Under the pieces are notes generated by a model. The model had not been told where the DNA came from and did not search any database. It worked only from the letters and a program-made list of their open reading frames with translations. The position numbers and the translations under genes were made by a program. A stretch of 63,594 bases of DNA, filler included, from Chiloscyllium plagiosum (taxonomy: Eukaryota): NCBI RefSeq assembly GCF_004010195.1. It is 4 parts of one record of this genome, joined end to end, with 100 filler letters (N's around TTAATTAATTAA, not from the genome) between each part and the next. Parts side by side here need not be neighbours in the genome. Positions count along the whole stretch, not along the records: positions 56,141 to 63,594 come from NC_057717.1; 3 more parts are not named here. The stretch is one strand, 5' to 3'. This document shows positions 59,101 to 63,594 of the stretch, piece by piece; the first letter of the stretch is position 1; the number at the start of each line of letters is the position of its first letter.

Positions 59101-62100
59101 GTTTGTACCCTAGAGTTTTGGACTCCCTTACCTTGGCTATTCACCATTCTTAGGCCCAAACCTTGTGGAACTCCACTGGTCACAGGTCTCCAGTCTGATA
59201 AGCAACTCTCCACCACCACCCTCTATCTTCTCCCTTTTGAGCCAGTTCTGTATCCAAATAGCTAGTTCTCCCTGTATTACGTGAGATCGAACCTTGCAAG
59301 TCAGTCTCCCATGGAGAAACTTGTCGAACGCCTTACTGAAGTCCATATAGTTCACATCTACCGCTCAGCCCTCATCAATCCTCTTTGTTGTTTCTTCAAA
59401 AAACTCAATCAAGTTTGTGAGACATGATTTCCCACTCACAAAGCCATGTTGACTATCCCTAATCACTCCTTGCCTTTCCAAACACATGTACATCCTGTCC
59501 CTCAGAATTCCCTCCAACAACTTGCCCACCACCGACGTCAGGCTCACTGGCCTATAATTCCCTGCCTTGTCTTTACCACCCTTCTTAAACAGTAGCATCA
59601 CGTTTGCCACTCTCCAGTCTTCCGCCACGTCACCTGTGACTATCGATTATACAAATATCTCAGCAAGAGGTCCAGTAATCACTTCTCGAGCTTCCCACAG
59701 AGTTCAAGGGTACACCTAATCAGGTCCTGGGAATGTATCCCCCCCCCCCCACCTTTATGCATTTCAAGACATCCAACACTTGCTCCTCTGTAATATGGAC
59801 ATTTTGCAAGGTGTCACCATCTATTTCCCTACATTCTATATCTTCCATATCCTTTTCCACAGTAAAAACTGATGCAAAATACTCGTTTAGTATCTCTGTC
59901 TTTTAAACGTTTTAATTGTACCCACATCCACCCCTTCCTCAGGAAGCTCTCTCCACAATCAAAACATCCTCTGGGTAACAATTTGCCCCCATGTCTTTTT
60001 TTTTTGAACATCTCTCTCTTCTAACCTTAAAAATTTGACCCCTTCTCTTGAGACTCGCCCATCCTGCGGAAAAGGCAACTACCACTAAATCGATCTATAT
60101 ACCTCATTTTTAAAAATAACCCTTTATAAAATCACGTCTCAACCTCCAGGCTCCAGTGAAAAAAGACTCAGCCTATCCAGCCATTTTTCAGAAGTCAAGC
60201 CTTCCATGTCGAGCAACGTCCTGGTAAATCTCTTCTGAACCCCTGCAGCTTAAGAATATCCTCCTATAACTGGGCGACCAGAACTGGATGGAGTATTGCA
60301 GAACAGGCCTCACCAATGTCTGCCCAATCTCAACATGACGTCCCAAATCCTACACTCAATGGACTGAGCAATAGTCAGGCATGCCAAGCACTGCCTTATC
60401 TATCCTGTGATGCAAGCTTCAAGAATTATGTACCTGAACCCGGACGTCACTCTGCTCTGAAACACGAACCGAGGCCAGAACATTAATTGTAAAAGTCTAT
60501 CTTGTGTGTTTTACCAGGTGCATTACCTCGCATTTGTTCAGATTGAATTCCATCTACAGCTTTTCAGCCCATTCACTCATCAAGATCACTTTGTAATCTC
60601 AAAAAACCTCCTTCACTGTCCACCATGCCACCCTCCAGCCTTTCCAGCACATCACACATGGCTGTCAATGGTACAAATACCTTTGCTCGGGCTCCACAAT
60701 TTCTTCCCTAGCATCGCACAGTGTCCTGTGATACACTTAATCAGGTCCTGGGGCTTTCCATACCTTTGTGTCTTAAAACCTCCAGCACCACCTCTTCTAT
60801 AAACATGCACTCTATTCAAGTCATAGAGATGTACAGCATGGAAACAGACTTTTCGGTTCAACTCGTCCATGCTGACCAGAAGACGTAAATAAATCCAACC
60901 CATTTACTAGCATTTGGCCCATGTACCTCTAAACCCTTATTATTCATATACCCATCCAGATATCTCTTAAATGTTGTCATAGTATCAGTATGTGTTACTT
61001 TCTCTCTCAGCTCATTCCATACACACATCACCGTGTGCATAAAAAGCTGTCCCTTCAGTGCCGTTTAAACCTTTCCCCTTTAACCTTAAACCTGTGCACT
61101 CTAGTTTTGGACTCTCCAACCCCGAGAAAAGACCTTGAATGTTTACACAATCCATACCCCTCATGTTTATATAAACCTCTGTCAGGTCACCACTCAGTCT
61201 CCGATGCTCCAGGGAAAATAACCCCAGCTTATTCAGCAACAACTCTGGCAACATCTTGTAAATCTTTTCTGAACACTTTCAAATTTCACAACATCCTTCC
61301 CATAGCGGGGATACTGGAATTCCAGAAAACTCCAAATGTGGTCTAACATATTACTCTTGTTCCCTGAGTTCCCCAGTCGTTGTTCACAGTACGTTCTGGA
61401 GTTAAAAATTGTGTCTCGAGTTACTCTTTTACTCAATATATTTATACAATCACTTTTGGATTCTCCTTATCATTAAAAATTGTGTTTAAGGTCTTAGCCA
61501 TATCCTGTGGTTCCACACATCAATTGATCTTTAAGGGACTCTACTGTGTCTCGAGTTACTCTTTTACTCAATATATTTATACAATCACTTCTGGATTCTC
61601 CTTATCATTCTCTGCCAAGGCTATTTCATGTACCGTTTCTGCAATCCTGATTTCCACCCAAACTGTATTCCTACAGCCCCTGTATATCCTCAGAGGTTCC
61701 CTTGGTCCAGCTGGCTCTACCTGACATGTGCTCCCTTTTCCTTGACCAGCCCCTCAGTAGACAGCCAGTGTTTCCGAATGCTGTCAGTATTGACCTTCAC
61801 ATAAACAGTAACATGCAGGTGTTGATCGCTCAATTTATCTCGCTTTTAAAATATTCTCATTTGCCAGATTTCCCATTCCCTCCGAATAGACTCCCCAATC
61901 ACATTTTGAATGTTCCTGGCTAATACTATCAAGATTGGTCAAGCCCCATTTTATAACTGGAACCTGTGGACCAGCCCTATCCTTTTCCATCGCTATTTTC
62001 AAACTAATAGAACTGTGGTCACTTTGGCACAATGCTTTCCCACTAATACCTCAGTCCCTTTCCCAACCTTATTTCCCAAGGGGAGGTCAGGTTTTGCCCC

Positions 62101-62720
62101 TTTCTCTTTTCAGGCCATTTACACATTGATTGGCAATTTTCTGGAACACAATTACCAAATTCCTCCCTTGCAAACACTGAACACTGGCAGTCCCAGTCTC
62201 AGTTTGGAAATTTTAAAAACCCCTACCATAACAGCCCTATTATTATGATTGATATTTGAGATCTCCCGACATATTTGTTCCTCAGACTGCCACAGAATAT
62301 TCGGGGTTATTGGGACAATCATGTCAGAGTGATGACCCATTCTTATTTCTCAGTTCCANNNNNNNNNNNNNNNNGTTTAATCATCAGTTTTTCCACATTC
62401 CCTGCGATGTTCTTGCCTGTCTTGGCTGTGGAATGTTCTCTCTTTAACTTGTGCACTGGCCTCAATCTTCTTTCTGGCCTTACGGCTGTTTAAGGTCCAA
62501 CATCCTGCCAGTTAGGTTTATATCCTCTTAAGCAATTCACCCAACCAGGGTATGGGTCCCCCGGCCGCTCTCAGTTCAGGTGCCTTTCCCACCCTGTGTC
62601 CCTGTGTTGACACCTTCAGGGATCTAGGCACCTGTCCACTAAGGTCCCTGTGTTCCTCAGTACTCCACAAGGATCGCGCATTCATTATGTCTGCCCTTCG
62701 CTTATCATACCTCCCACAGG
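56141..62720 (+). repeat. Segmental duplication block, copy C (more diverged, different segment order)
   Basis: 56141-57280 matches 41738-42850; 57280-57620 matches the reverse complement of about 9510-9860; 57830-58314 resembles 45895-46355; 58300-62720 matches 31352-36870. Confidence 0.9.
58180..58314 (+). other. Putative non-coding (UTR-type) exon, copy C (135 nt)
   Basis: gtCTAATtttccattctgtctatttctctgtctcctgtAG|atac ... cagtgag|GTAAGA; interior diverged from copies A and B. Confidence 0.55.
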
Positions 62721-63594
62721 GTATGACCTTACATTGATCAGAACTAAACTCTGCCCAGATTATCATCTGATTGTCATCAAACTGTAGCTAGAGACCATCC
62801 CCCTCACTGTGAACAACACTCTCACCTTCCATGTCACCTGCAAACCGACTAATGATACCTTCTGCTTTCACATCAGAGTAATTATACCACAGAATAACCA
62901 GCAATGGTCCCTGCACATACCCCTGTGGTACACCCACTGGTGAAAGAATTTCAAACACGAAGACGTTTATACTCCAATTTTGTATCCAAATTACCAACTT
63001 GCCTTGAATCCCATGGGCTGTTCCATTTTGGATCAGCCTTCCACTTGGGATCTTGTCAAAGGCCTTATTCAGGTGCATGTAAACCACATAATCTGCACAG
63101 CTCTCCTCAATATTTTGAGAGACCAATTCCAAAAACACAACTGAATTCTGAGGCGGTATCTTCCTCTACCAAATCCGTGATGATGCAGCCGAGTTGACTT
63201 TTGCCTTTGCAAGTGTTGATTCATCCACAGAATATTTTCCAATAATGTCCCTTCACCCTGCTGTCAGACTATCTACTGTGTAATTACCTAGCCTATCCCT
63301 GCTGCCCTTCTTAATCAAAGGAAACAGATTAGCGATCCTCCAGTCATTCGGCACTTCACCTGTGGCCAGCAAAGTAACCACCAGGGCCCCAGCAATCTCC
63401 TCCCTTATTTCCCATAGCAGTCCATGATATATTTCATTGGGTACTGGGGGTTTAATCCACCTTTATGCTTGTGAAAGCGTTTCGTACCTCCTCCTTATTG
63501 GGTCGTCACATGTTCGAGAACCTCACCATCCTCGACTGAAATCCCTGGCTACAATGCTTTTCTCCTGTGTGAATAAGGACAGGAGGTATTCATT
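58830..63594 (-). mobile_element. Mosaic of CR1 LINE fragments
   Basis: EDWRVANVMLLFKKGGKDKAGNYRPVSLTSVVGKLLEGILRD...QHGFVSGKSCLTNLIEFFEE; YMDFSKAFDK; VVYMHLNKAFDKIP...GVPQGYVQGPLL. Confidence 0.92.

Overview
This is vertebrate DNA, not prokaryotic. The tRNA-headed V-SINE/HE1-like SINEs and the CR1 families point to a cartilaginous fish (shark); that is inference from repeat content. The window is almost entirely decayed transposable elements (CR1-group LINEs, an L2 fragment, HE1-like SINEs, Penelope-like pieces, one pogo/Tigger-like end) and has many N gaps. Three 100-nt spacers (44N-TTAATTAATTAA-44N) show it is four scaffolds joined artificially: 1-27299, 27400-49167, 49268-56040, 56141-63594. 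No intact protein-coding gene is supported; the only host gene remnant is a decayed C2H2 zinc-finger array (49285-50010). Three scaffolds carry paralogous copies of one 15-19 kb segmental-duplication block, each with a non-coding exon-like segment that keeps its splice signals. A CpG-rich promoter-like module lies at 29.3-29.7 kb, with a degenerate copy at 22.8 kb. The best hunt result is a set of four hammerhead-ribozyme-like motifs. Two of them head tiny (91-95 bp) insertions flanked by 13-bp target-site duplications, and one of those is absent from the paralogous blocks. A third lies in a Penelope GIY-YIG remnant that is split by an inversion and abuts a perfect 34-bp palindrome. Coordinates of degenerate repeats are approximate, and identity figures are by eye.
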